A stretch of DNA of 63,936 nt, counting the filler, from Dicyema japonicum (taxonomy: Eukaryota; Animalia; Dicyemida), in NCBI GenBank assembly GCA_011109175.1. It is 5 parts of 5 records of this genome, joined end to end, with 100 filler letters (N's around TTAATTAATTAA, not from the genome) between each part and the next. Parts side by side here need not be neighbours in the genome. Positions count along the whole stretch, not along the records: positions 47,221 to 53,544 come from RDEW01000049.1; positions 53,645 to 59,182 come from RDEW01000293.1; positions 59,283 to 63,936 come from RDEW01000305.1; 2 more parts are not named here. One strand, written 5' to 3'. The position numbers and the translations under genes were made by a program. The notes below the pieces were generated by a model. It was not told the DNA's origin, ran no database searches, and saw nothing but the letters and a program-made list of their open reading frames with translations. Shown one piece after another: positions 50,620 through 62,866 of this stretch (within the stretch, counting starts at the first letter, position 1; each line of letters starts with the position of its first letter).

Positions 50620-51400
50620 GAACAATCCAGGTTACTTGTTTTGTCTTACTGAGAGTGTTTGTTATCTATCCACGTATAGATATTATTTATTTCCCTCTTA
50701 AGCTCTTGAATTCTTTTGACAAAACCCGTCTTATTCCAATATGAAACAATCATCGACTCCATTTATTACTCAAAGAGCAAATTTTATTCAGTTCTCCAAA
50801 AAAGAGATATTTGTCCTGGACTAATTTAGTATTTACTAATTTTTCTATTCTTTGGCATACTTCAGAAAATATTGTTTTGAGGATATCTCGCTTGTTAATT
50901 TGCCAAGATGGGCCATGAAACTGGCACGTGAAAAGAATAACTGCAAATTTCCTATGAAGGGAATTTATCCTATAATAGAATAATTTTACCTTTAAAATAG
51001 TTAACTTGGGTTCGCTTGTTAATATGCCAAGATGGGCCGTCCGATACACTCAAATACTTGTATCCATCTATTCCATCAAATATTTCAGCTTCATTTGAAA
51101 ACAACAAAAAATTAGTAGCCGATTTATCCAAGTTCTTTACGAGACCAACAGATTTGAAACATAAATTGACTTCTTCCATCATCTAGACAATATATTCATC
51201 GTTCGAAATAAGTTTTAGATTGTCTATGAATAAAGTATGACTAGTTGAAAAAGATGAAATTGAGTGATCAGTAATGGTAATCGAAACTTTAGTGTATCTG
51301 TTATCGAGGAATCGGCTAAGTGGATCTAACACTAGCACAAATAGCATAGGAGGAATCTATTTCCCTGTAATATCCCTCTTTGTAGTTTGATAGTGCGTAT
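50620..51400 (-). mobile_element. R4/NeSL-like RT fragment carrying a 99-nt cathepsin-derived insertion
   Basis: MLFVLVLDPLSRFL..HTLFIDNLKL..VGLVKNLDKSATN..DGYKYL. Confidence 0.75.
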
Positions 51401-51499
51401 ATTTTTTTTATACAAAAAAAGCTTGAGTATCCAGTTTTGAATAAATATTTTAATTACATTAACAATCCATGTTGGGATGCCAGAGTGTTCAAGGAAATC

Positions 51500-51800
51500 A
51501 AAAAGAATATTATGGTTTACTGAGTCGAATGCATTTTTAACATCAATCCATGTCTCAATCCAATTTTTGATGGGTCATTGATGATCGTAAGATTGCCAGA
51601 CTGCGACAACAGTAAATTTCCTCTTGAATCTGCAGACTAATTAAACAGCCAGATATAGTGTTTGGCAATTCTGGAATGAGCACAATGTCAACTTTGAGTA
51701 TAACAATTAGAGTTCTAAGTTCAATAATATTGCCTTTAATTCCGTTCACATTTAGTTGATAACTGAGATCAGTTCTTTTGACCTGTATAGATCACGAATA
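51500..51800 (-). mobile_element. Degenerate LINE APE N-terminus
   Basis: QLNVNGIKG..LKVDIVLIPE. Confidence 0.55.
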
Positions 51801-52363
51801 TGAGAATCTGTTCCCAGACTAGTAATCCATCATCCAGAAGCGACATATACTTTGGTGGAAAAGAGCTAATAGTTCTTTTTCGAGATGCTTTAAGAGCATT
51901 CTGAGCGCCTCCAGAATTGTGGTTTCTGGTGAACCGTATACGCGACGCTAAAAGCAACATTATTATTTTTATATGAAGCTTGCTTTAATTTTTATTTTAT
52001 TGTGTTTCCTGTAAAATTAAATATACTTAAAATTTGAATTTAATTTGTTTGTTATGGATTATGATACACAATGTAATATCTGAAAGGATTTCAAAATCAA
52101 AATATCGAAATGAAATCTTAGTCTAAACACGTCGAGTTTATGTGAAGATGACTTATATTGATACTACTAGTAATGTTTATACTCTCATCAGTAATACTTT
52201 TATCCACATTTTATATACTACCACCTTTGCCCCACCAAACAAGTATCTTCAATCTTTATCAAATGAGACGTCATAGATTATTCAAAATTATATTGACCGC
52301 TCATTTTATCCTCGATTTTCTTCCTTTTAGTGATCAACGTGGGCTTCAGCAATTTTTTCTATG

Positions 52364-52685
52364 TGTTGCAGTAAGTCAACGTTACTGATTTAGATTCCGA
52401 GCTAATTAACCGAATGTTGTTTCTCTTCTCAATGACCAGTGATGACGTGAATTATGGCGTTTTATTATAGGATGACAATGTTCTACTTCGCAACAATTTG
52501 GGGGACAATCAGAGGAGTCATTCCTGTTGCAGTAAGTCAACGTTACTGATTTAGATTCCAAGCTAATTAACCGAATGTTGTTTCTCTTCTCAATGACCAG
52601 TGATGACGTGAATTATGGCGTTTTATTATAGGATGACAATGTTCTACTTCGCAACAATTTGGGGGACAATCAGAGGAGTCATTCC
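52364..52685. repeat. Two tandem copies of a 161-nt unit
   Basis: tgttgcagtaagtcaacg...gaggagtcattcc repeated with one substitution and one indel. Confidence 0.9.
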
Positions 52686-53644
52686 TTCAGTAGATTAAGA
52701 CAGAATGCCAAAGTATAGGCCACTCAACTTATTTTTACTGATGATAATGAAGAAAATGGATATTTTTTTGGTTAAAGCGTTTTTTAAATTCAAATTAGAG
52801 AATAGTTATAAAAAGCTATTTGTTAATTTAAATATCATGACCATTTAATTACAGAACGCTGAAAAAGATACACAAGATCTTCATATTATTGAGCTACGAA
52901 AAAAATAACAAACAATTCTACTCACTTATTTAGGAATAAATAATTATGAAAATAATATAAAATGTAGTAATTGTTGGTACATTTCTTATTCCTGACACTT
53001 TATACATTGTTAGGGCCAATTATTTTTTAACCTAAAAAATAAAAAATTTAAACCTAAAAAAATTAACTTTATTAACCTAAAAACTAAAAAAATTAACCCA
53101 AAAATTCAACTTTATAACTAAAAAATAAAAACACTAAAACTTTTTGTTATACATACAAATTACATAATTTTCTAAATTTTCTGATAGAAAATGTCTGTTG
53201 GATCTTAGAAAATTCTTTATCTCAAAGAAACATTGTTCAACCGAGCACTAAATTGGCTAACAATTAAGTAATAATGAATACTCGGCAGGAGATATGTGTG
53301 AATTAGTCATTTTAATTATGTTTGAAAAATTATTTTTTTATGCCTTTTATTTATGTATTCGTTGTTCCAATGACGGCTGAGTTCTTCGAGAACTCGGAGG
53401 ATAGCTTGCTAGATAGAAAAGGGATCAACGACAAGGGTTGGATTGGAATTGTCATACTCCGAGGGAACTCGTTCTCAATCCAAGCAACAGGCTTCTCCAA
53501 CTGTAAACTAACCAACTAATTTTTTAAATTAATTCAATAAAAATNNNNNNNNNNNNNNNNNNNNNNNNNNNNNNNNNNNNNNNNNNNNTTAATTAATTAA
53601 NNNNNNNNNNNNNNNNNNNNNNNNNNNNNNNNNNNNNNNNNNNN

Positions 53645-54460
53645 AATGCACAGAAAATAATGCACCTATTCTCGTAGATCTATTGATGATCTCAGAAGTA
53701 AAAGAGGATCTGAAGATATGTTGAATAACTTACGATCTGACATTTCTCGCAAAGAATATTTAAAGTTCAGTGAAATCGATTATGATACGATAATGGATGT
53801 TAAAGAAGCCATTTTGAACGATGAAATTATTACTGAGAAAACCAAAACATTTGCATGGTTTGAAGTTACGAAATATGCATGGAGAATCTGCAACTTTAAA
53901 TTTTGACCCTAATGTGGTATCAGATTTTATTGAATTAATCAAAAATAAAATCAATTTCTACGGAGCTCAAAATGTTAATAATGCCGACGAAACTGGTTTA
54001 TTTTACAAAATGATACCGTCTAAAAGTGTTTGTAAAAATCGCAAATCAGGCTATATTGAAAGACATAGTTTCAGTCATGTTATGTACAAATGTGGACGGT
54101 ACAGACAAACGAACACTTACTAATTGGGATGTTGAAAAATTTAGCTGTTTCAAAATTTTGATATTAAAAAATATGTCACATATTATAATTCAAAAAAAGC
54201 TGGATGGATAGCCGAATTTTTAATCAATTTCTTTTGAAATGGGAAATAGAGTTTGATTTGAATGATTGAAAAATTTGATTTGAATGAGCAAAGGAGAAAA
54301 TAGAACAAGAAATTGATAGTGAAAAACCCCTTGAAGAGAGTCAGAAAAATGTAATTATAAGCGAGGCTTTTCTAGCCTTAAATAAATTAAAAGAATTCTT
54401 AAGGAATCTTGAGTATATTGAAATGCTTAGATCTTCAATGATTCAAACTCTAAAAAGAAA
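53645..54460 (+). mobile_element. Tigger/pogo (CENP-B/DDE_1) transposase remnant
   Basis: MHGESA..NVNNADETGLFYKMIP..SVMLCTNVDGTDK. Frameshifted. Confidence 0.85.
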
Positions 54461-55349
54461 CAATTCAAAAATTACTGATTTTTTGCTTATAAATGATTTT
54501 TTTGATTTACATTATTAATGGATGAAAAAATCAATGTCTCGATTTTGCCGATCCCCGAAATCGTTGCAATAAAATACTACAAAGCACGTGAAAAAAATAT
54601 TTTGGAAGTGGAAAATAATATAACTGCAATATCGATGAGATACATCACTAGATCTCTGGTATCGAACGTCACGAGCTATCAGATGCCTCCAGGTGCGATT
54701 TTGCGGAGGCTAGTTAGGTCGGCTAAGTATTCTAGTTCATTTTGAAGTTTTTCGATTTTTTTGAATAGCAACAGTAAGTGGTACTGGAATTCTCCTCGAT
54801 ATCCGTAAACTCATTCATGGTATGTCTCCTTCGAATTATTCGCAAGTGTCGTTGGACTGTTCTAGGATATGTCCAAATAGTCCTCACATCTCCCTTTTCA
54901 TTGTAGAGTTGAGATTTGCATGTTGAGTATAGTTTTTTATTTCTTAAATTGGAGATCTTAAAAATAAGCGTAGTTTTTTTCCGCGACACGTTCTAGTTTT
55001 CCCACAGTTGTATAAGAATATAAGAACAAATGCATTGTAGAGAAGTAATTTCGACATCCTCCAGTCTTCATGCAATTGATCCAACCTTTATAACTTTTCA
55101 GAGTCTTCGTTACTTGATTGAATCCCTTTCCTTATTGTTACAAGATCAGTCTTCACCAGGTTCATTTTAGTGACCATTCAGCGAATATTTCAAGAACTGT
55201 TTGGATTCTGTATTAAACAAAACGGTTCATTCGCAGAGGAGAAACCTAAGACTTCTCTGTGATGTTCCTCTTTCCTCTGTCATCTCTCAAGACCAGTGTT
55301 TCACCTTCATGTCGTCTTCCCATTTTTGAATTCCAGACTCCAACATTGA

Positions 55350-57650
55350 GAATGATAGTGCATCCATAGATAATGTCAATAATTAATGACAAGGTTGTGC
55401 AAATAAATCGACATCGGGGTACTTTGAAGTGTCATAAGTTTTTTGCTATTCTTTAAATGGATTAGGCAGATCCCCCAGTAATTGTCTATTATCAGGTTTC
55501 GGTGAACGGCAAATCCAAGCCATAATGCCTAATATCGCTGCACCATAATCTTCGTCGAACGAGGTGCTTGTTTTTGAGACCAGTTTTAGGTCATTGGAGA
55601 GCTCATATTTCCTAACTGTCGTGCACAAGTCTCTGACATTGAGTGTCATTGCCCATATGTTCTTTTGTCCGTAATGTTGTTGAGATATCAAGTGAATAAA
55701 GTTTCATTTGAATCAAGGAAACAGACTCCATACAAATCCCTCGAAAATACATCCCACTCCACACGTAGTCGTTTTAAATCATAGTGGCGTACTTAGTGGA
55801 TAATTGCTCTTCGGTTTTCCTTTTTTGATTACAACTTGGAGACCCCCACAAATTACAACAGAAAAATTAATGTCACAAAGGCTCCCATCGACTAAGACAC
55901 GTTAACGTCCATATGAGGGTATTAAGGACATAAGACGACATTCAATGACATTTTAATTGAGTTCCTTCGAATTGAGATTCTCTCTTTGGTTGAGGTCATC
56001 AATGGTAACTAAATTGATTTTTCTTAACGCAGTTCGCTTCACACATAGTAAGGAACAAGGTTTTGTAATACCAAGCGTTCCAAAAACCGAGGTTGTTCCA
56101 AAAATCGTGGTTTCAACTTAAAAGTTATAAATAATCATTGACTAGGAGAACGTCTGCTTGTGCCGACCGAATCCATCCTCCAATAGTCCATTACAGGCTT
56201 CCACTTTCGAAGAGAGGTAGAGAAGTAGGTTCATCCTCTTCCATTTTCATTACAGGTCCTACCGTCGCGGACATCACTTCATTTTTCGTGTCATGCCAGA
56301 AGGACTCGTCTCCTCACCGCTGGGATCAGTTTGACGATAATTGACCTTCCCTGAAAAATCCATCTTTCGGATCCGAACCCACTACCTTTAGATCCAATGT
56401 CATCAGACCTTCAACCAGAAGGTCTTTGACCGGTTCTCTTTCCGGACCATCGTAGTTGAGACAACTGGAGGAACAAGCGGGAAATAGTTTCGTTTCCTCA
56501 AAAAACTGGAAAATCTGGCTACACTCAAAAGCACGACGCACGTGAAACTCAGTGGTTTCTCCAGTTGATCTCCATTGCAATCGTGAGAGGCAACGCTATC
56601 GTAGGATTAATATGAAATTCACATCAAAGAGAAATTATCATGAAATATGATAACGTCATTAAAAGGTTGAAGCATTTATTTTTTAAAAAAACAAACATTT
56701 AATTAATCAACTGGTCCCCGTCGATATAATATACGTAGGGCTGCTTCTCAAGGTCGAAAAGGAGATAAACTGGAAAAGCCACTGGGTTTCACGAATGTGT
56801 AGCCAAACGTCCCAATTTTTCATAAAATGCAGCGATTTTCACGTATTCCTCTAGTTGTATAAACGCATCCAACAAACTGGAACGTGAATCGGTCCTGGAG
56901 CCCTTCGCACTTCTTCCCTTTGACCTTCTCAGCCTTCCTTAGCGTATAGAACCTTACCGCAACTCAATGACGTTTAAGAAACAGAGTCGATAAAGGTGCA
57001 TCCCATATCAATGGCTATCCCTCTCGAACGGAACCCCACGTGGTCCATATTGCAGATTCGAATATGAAAATCTCACCTCAATACTACTCAAAGAATTGAA
57101 TTTTTCCATCACTAACATGGGAACTTGCCCATGTGGTCCCCTACCTCAGAATTGATCTCCAAAACATCATTTTAACATTAAAATCAAAATTTCGAACTCT
57201 TCTAACTCTGGGATCTTCCCTCATGGTCTCTAATTTTGCCTTGATACTGTAAGGATCATTTTTGTGTCATCCATGGAAAACTTTATTCCAAAAATCGATA
57301 GCGGACGCACATATGACACAATTTTTACTATTTCACAGTATAGATTCTTTTCAGACGTTGGCACCTCAGAGTCAAACTCAACAACACACCCGACATGGGG
57401 ACCACATAGAACATGACCTAGCTTGTACCTCTGCATGTGGAGTGGTCTATTTACTGACATCACAAGAACGTAATTCTCCTTCAACAGATTATGATCAAAT
57501 TCAACCACCCAAACATAAGAGCTAACTAACACGTGGGTCTATGTCATATTAACTCGACTACAGATATCGGATTCAGTCCGATCTTTAATACCCATGATGT
57601 CCACAGACACCCTGAAGATAGTTGTAAATCTGATAGAGAACACAACACCA
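55350..57650 (-). mobile_element. Probable Gypsy pol remnants (RNase H-like about 57.2-57.6 kb, integrase-like about 55.4-55.7 kb) with a CRE-like piece between
   Basis: VVEFDHNLL..LHMQRYK loosely fits TDHxPL..LQxY. HYGQK..VRDLCTT..RSPKPDNRQLL loosely fits the integrase zinc finger and core start. Heavily degenerate. Confidence 0.4.
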
Positions 57651-57700
57651 AAATATATTAACGTAAACCAGAAAAAAAAAGAAAACCCAAAAAAGTAAGA

Positions 57701-58630
57701 TCATTCATTTTCCACTTTTGACGAGTGAGAAACTTTCTCGTGTTTCACACAAGCAGCTGAATATTTAAAAGTTGCATCGCAAAATCTACATGAAAAGGTC
57801 ACCACAGATTTTGGAGGGGGTTTCTCACCCAAGTGCTTATTCCGAATATGCTTGATCATATTCCCCTTGTAAGCAGAATTGTATGAACACGTCTTGCAAT
57901 GAAAGAGTGTCTTGGATTCCAGAAGATCATTTACATTTGATTGCGCAGCAGAATTATCTTCTTCCTCACTGGATTGCGGGAACGAAGATATGCTCTGTTT
58001 GAATGAAGTCTTCTTAGGAGATTCAAATTCATCAGATTTATCACATTCAGAATGTTTTATGTCATGATTACGCTCAACTGTGAGATCCTTAAAGTCTTCA
58101 GAGAGTCCATGTGAATTCAAGTCCTTCGTGAGATCAGCAGGGTTTGAATCAAACTCATTGGAAGTTGAATCATTTCCTAAACATGGGGGATCCACCCTAT
58201 TTCATTCGGAAAGACATCATTGCATGCTTCACTCTTTACTTTCTTTGCCGGGGATTGAGAAACAGCCTCTGTTTTAACTTTTCTGGCCTTTGGAGTGGTA
58301 TTCTTTGCAGGTTTCGCTTTAGCATCATCACATTCCACTTTTGGAGATTTATAAACAACATCCCCATTCATATTATTAACTTGATTGTAGATATTGGGTT
58401 CAGCCTGACCTTCTATGTCCATGAATTGGTTGCCAGACACGTTGACCGAATTCTCAGCATGCCTTGTGGATCCACCTAGCAATTAAAATAACTGGAGAAC
58501 CTAATCCAGGGAACAATCCAAGCTTATACTCGGATATCTTTGTTTTAAGCCAAACACTGGCTTCCTTTTTTTCCTCTTTTCCCAAAGAATTCCATATATC
58601 AAAAAACTTGGCAGTAAAGGGATAAGACAT
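57701..58630 (-). CDS. C2H2 zinc-finger protein (two C-terminal fingers, low-complexity middle), one 25-nt intron and one frameshift
   Basis: MSYPFTAKFF..FPGL|GGSTRH (intron 58476-58500). FHCKTCSYNSAYKGNMIKHIRNKH and FSCRFCDATFKYSAACVKHEKVSH. Frame change in a G run near 58196. Confidence 0.75.
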
Positions 58631-59629
58631 AACGCGGCGAAATACAGGCCGTAATTCGTGATTCAGTTTAAAAACGGAATTTTTACGATGATTATAATTG
58701 AGTGATTGGGTTGAAGAAATCTCTTTTCTGCAATTATCATAAAATCAGTACTTTCGGCCATTCAGTGCCTAAAATATCGACCAAATCCTTATTCTCAAAC
58801 ACACTTGAATTTCACGAAAAAGTCAAGCCAGAGTGGCCCAATGGGTCTTCCGGAAAATCAGCCTTCGATCATGAGGGCCTCTCAGCCAGTTCTGTGTCCT
58901 GCAATTACTAATACCATTTTAGCATTTAGTTATTTCAACATTTTGATAAAATGAAGCATATCCACTTACTGCGGTTAAAAGTACGACATTGATTTTTGAT
59001 TAAAGTATACGACCTTGTATAATAAAAGCTGTTAAATGCATTTGATGTAAGCTGTTTCAATGCAAATATGCTTGACTATCAATTCAAATAATATTTTATT
59101 CATACATTAACATAACTTGAATGGACTTGTGGGTTATGCTATTTTTCTTAAAAGCATTCAATTTTCAGTCACATTTTGTATCNNNNNNNNNNNNNNNNNN
59201 NNNNNNNNNNNNNNNNNNNNNNNNNNTTAATTAATTAANNNNNNNNNNNNNNNNNNNNNNNNNNNNNNNNNNNNNNNNNNNNAGTAAGACTTATAAGCCC
59301 GGACGTGATACTTTACCCAGACGTGATGCTATACGACAATAACTAACTAAATCATTAGCTTTTTCAATTCTTCTTAATTGGAGCAAAATAATTCGATCAA
59401 ATGGGTGATAAAAGAAGCATAGAAATTAAAGTCAAGTAACTATCTCATGCTTACTAATAATGACTAATATATAACAGAAAATTCATTTGATTTACCTTAA
59501 CAACATTGAACTGAAATTAGGTTTATTTAAATTGTTAGTCATACATGATTTTTAACAAAAATCTGTTTTCTATAAATGTTCAAGTAGTCGTCGTCAAACT
59601 CATCAATAAGATTCAATGACTTCATTCTA

Positions 59630-60480
59630 ATCCAATTTTCTAGGCATTCTAGAGTAGACGGATTATAATCTGCATGAAATTTGTTGACGATAATAGCTTT
59701 ACATTAACAGCATATTGTAAATCCCGTGCTCCCAAAATACATACACTTCGAACAAAGAAACCATAGCACCATGTAAACCATTGTTTGTAGCGATTTCCTA
59801 TTTGTGGTTCAAGCTTCAATGGATTGATGTTGGCTCAAATATTAATATATAGTACCTGACAATGATCCTGGAACGTTCAAAATTTTGGAATTATAGTTTA
59901 ATGTTGGATAAAATGTTTCATCAGGAATATCTGTGTCTTCCAACCATTTAAGTAATTAAGAAGTTTCATTTTTCAATATAAAATCGACAAATCCCCGACA
60001 AAAGACACCGTGCAAACCTGCCTTGTATAGTTTAATTCCATTTCTAAACTTCTCGGTCTTTTTTTTATATCCGTTGAGAGTTTTCGTTATTCTTACAATT
60101 TCCTTATTTGATTTCAATGGGAATTCTTCTCCTGTTAGATTTATTATGTATTTCCAATCAGTCGAACCTTCGTAAAGTAATTCCATGCATTTTATTTCGG
60201 CGAGCAATGTGTGATTGTCCCCCATTCGACGTAATATGCATTAATTACAATCACATTTTGGAGACAGCTTGTGAAATTTTTAATACTCTGTAGAAATTCT
60301 TAATCGGATTTTCTGTCCACGTGGATACAATAATGGTTATTTGTCTATAAATTGTTCTGAGCAGTTGTTCAACTTGTTTCGAGCTTCTGTAAACAATCAA
60401 CAAGTAGGCCAGTAGATTAACTTGCTCTTCTTGAGAGATTGGATATGAAAAAATATCCACTTGATTTTGCGTGTTCAGCA
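59630..60480 (-). pseudogene. Core-2/I-branching beta-1,6-GlcNAc transferase (GCNT, GT14) pseudogene
   Basis: LAYLLIVY..LLRTIY/NHYCIHVDRKS, WKYIINLTGEEFPLKSNKEIV, IPDETFYPTL, VRSVCILG. At least three frameshifts and two in-frame TAA. Confidence 0.85.
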
Positions 60481-61499
60481 CAGTTTGTTTCCCAAATGTT
60501 ACTCAAACGTNAGTAGTGCTTTGTTAGTTTATTCTCGTAGACTTTGGGAGACTGGGTGATCTCCCCTGTCATCCTCGTTGATAAAACTGTTGATACTTCT
60601 TTGCGTTTTCAGAAGATAGCACATGAATTTTCATGACACAGATGTTCAACTTCTCCACTTTTGTCTTTGGTTAACTCAAATTAGTTTCGATATTCTGGAA
60701 AAGAGGGAGTGGAAAGACGATTCAGAGTCCTGAAATTTCATTCGGGTTTTCTTTAAGGCATCCAAGAGGAGTGAAAATAGTCTTGATTAACACTCTGGGA
60801 ATGATAAATGAATGAAGCTCTGATAATTGGGACACTTCAAACTCTTTTATTTGGCAGAGTAAATCTAGCCACGTGAAAATAAAATGTCAATTCTTATCAA
60901 ATAAAAAAATTTAATGGTATCTTTCGGAATCTAGCTTATCGTTTAATTGATCCCCTTCAACCGTCAATAACATTCCAAATAGTAGGTTGACCAATCAAAT
61001 TAAAGAATTAAAAGAATGGTGTAAGAGTTATTTGTTCAGCAACTTTACTCCATCAAACAAGTTCCACAATTAATAAGCAAATAGTTGGTAATTACGTATT
61101 TGATGGTGGTAGGGACGTCCTATCCAAATATTATCATTTTGTTAAATGTTCCTTCATAGTAAAGCTTCGTTCAATAGGAAGGGATCCTGAATCACACTTT
61201 TCCAATAGTAAATAATCATGGAGATATATGACAAATTCACGATCTTTCTCTATCATGCATTCAAATAATCCTTGATGTTGAGGTCTTAATGTTATTCCAT
61301 ACTCCATGATAGATAGTCAAGTCGTTAAGTCGATATTTATTACTTTTAAATTTCCATCGATTGAATTTACAAATAATTTTTCGAGTGCATTAGAGGAACG
61401 AAATCATGATTTAACCCCACTTGCTCAAACTTTTTTAGGTACGCACTTGCCCACATGTTAACATTTTAGTAGCCTACTCGTCCGAAACTTAGGTCTTAT

Positions 61500-62350
61500 A
61501 GAGACCAGATAATTGCGCTTATTATTCACCAAATTGGAAATCCTGTGGGTGTGACTGTATATATTGTTTCTTTGTTAAAAAGTTTGAGTCCTTCCACAAT
61601 TATCTAAGAAACCTCAAGATGGTTAGCGGCAAATACTCGTGTTCGACATTATTTCTGACACTCAATTGAAGCAGACTGGATGTGTATAAGGGCAAAGGAG
61701 AAAACTTTATTAAATCAGTGCAGAAACAGTGATTATGAAAACAAACTATTCGCCCCTTGAATTGATGTAAAAGGTGTACAACTCTGTGGACCATGGCTTT
61801 ATCTGCCATGTTTTGGACTGTTCTGGCTTCCCAATGCAGATTGGAATGTTTGTGAAGATCCTGATAAGCCAATGTAAGTTATTCTAATTTAAACAGGGAA
61901 ATGACTGGAATGGTCAAATTAGATAGCAGTATATTGCAATGGGATTCGTTTAGTCTGCAGATTTTTGTGTTAGTCATGGATCCTTTAAGAGAATTCTAGA
62001 TTGTAAATTCCAAAATTGTATATATCCCAAAGTAATTCATCATTGATGATGTATACAACCAATCATTTTATTTTATTGATGATCTAAAAATATTTGCGGA
62101 GAACAATGGTGAAGATGATGAATGAGATTGATGAGTATTTCAGTGTGATTTGGCTCAGGAGAGTTTTGAGAAGTCTGCCACTAATCTGGAATGTATGAAG
62201 GATGTATATCTCTGGATGGACATGAAGGCTCTTGCTACCTCGGAGTTTTAGAGGATCGTGCCAGCAACGCTATAAAGGAGGATTTTTGAGAACGATCGCG
62301 GAAAGCGTAAAGAAGAGGATCGTGAGATTGGTGCATACGAGGAAAAAAAG
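61500..62350 (+). mobile_element. R4/NeSL-like (REL-type) non-LTR RT, decayed
   Basis: IDVK..YNSVDHGFI..ILQWDSFS..FVLVMDPL..NHF.FIDDLKIFAE..EKSATN..YLGVLED, read across frameshifts. Confidence 0.75.
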
Positions 62351-62703
62351 TCCAGCATTTGTCTCAGAAGTCCATTACATGCTTCCGCTTCAGAAGAGAG
62401 GTGGATAAGTATCCCCGCCCTCTTCCATTTTCATCACACATCTTACCGTCGAGGACATCGTTTCATTCATAGGCGGAAGAGTTTTCATAATGGAAATCAC
62501 CAGTTGAGTTGATCAGAAAAATACAAAAAATAAGCATGATAACTTTATTTTTCTTTAAAGATGCTTTTAATAAAATTTTGTACTCAGTATAGAAATAATA
62601 CGGGATTGTTTCTTATATTTAAATTCCTTTGTTATTTCCTATAGTTTTTGCTATATTCCTAATATTTTTGAAATATGGTTTTCTAGCTATTATTATGCTC
62701 ATA

Positions 62704-62866
62704 GCCGATAGCGCAGTGTAATAAGTTACGGGCAAATGCCAGGAGGTCCAAAGTTCGAATCTCGTTAGTGTCTATTCAGTGGAAGGTTCCACGCATCTAG
62801 GATGCTTCTGGGTTGTCGATTGATGTGCGGAATCTGATTGTCTTATGGACTCACACAAGAAAAAGA
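62704..62866 (+). mobile_element. Second copy of the tRNA-derived SINE
   Basis: A-box-like TAGCGCAGTGT, B box GTTCGAATC, shared GTTCCACGCATCTA core and CACACAAGAAAAAGA tail. Confidence 0.75.

Noticed and set aside
31818-59238. TTAATTAATTAA repeated four times between N runs (about 31818, 47165, 53589, 59227)
   Set aside because: Identical 12-mer with stops in all six frames, centred in fixed-length N blocks: an artificial scaffolding spacer.
11490-60310. Possible TAA/TAG reassignment (in-frame TAA in GCNT and in LINE IAFI*ESK, TAG in MOGS)
   Set aside because: CYP51, NAP1, MOGS, PNPLA2 and the cathepsin all terminate at TAA at the expected positions, and the intact genes have no internal TAR. 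The cases occur in decayed or error-prone sequence.
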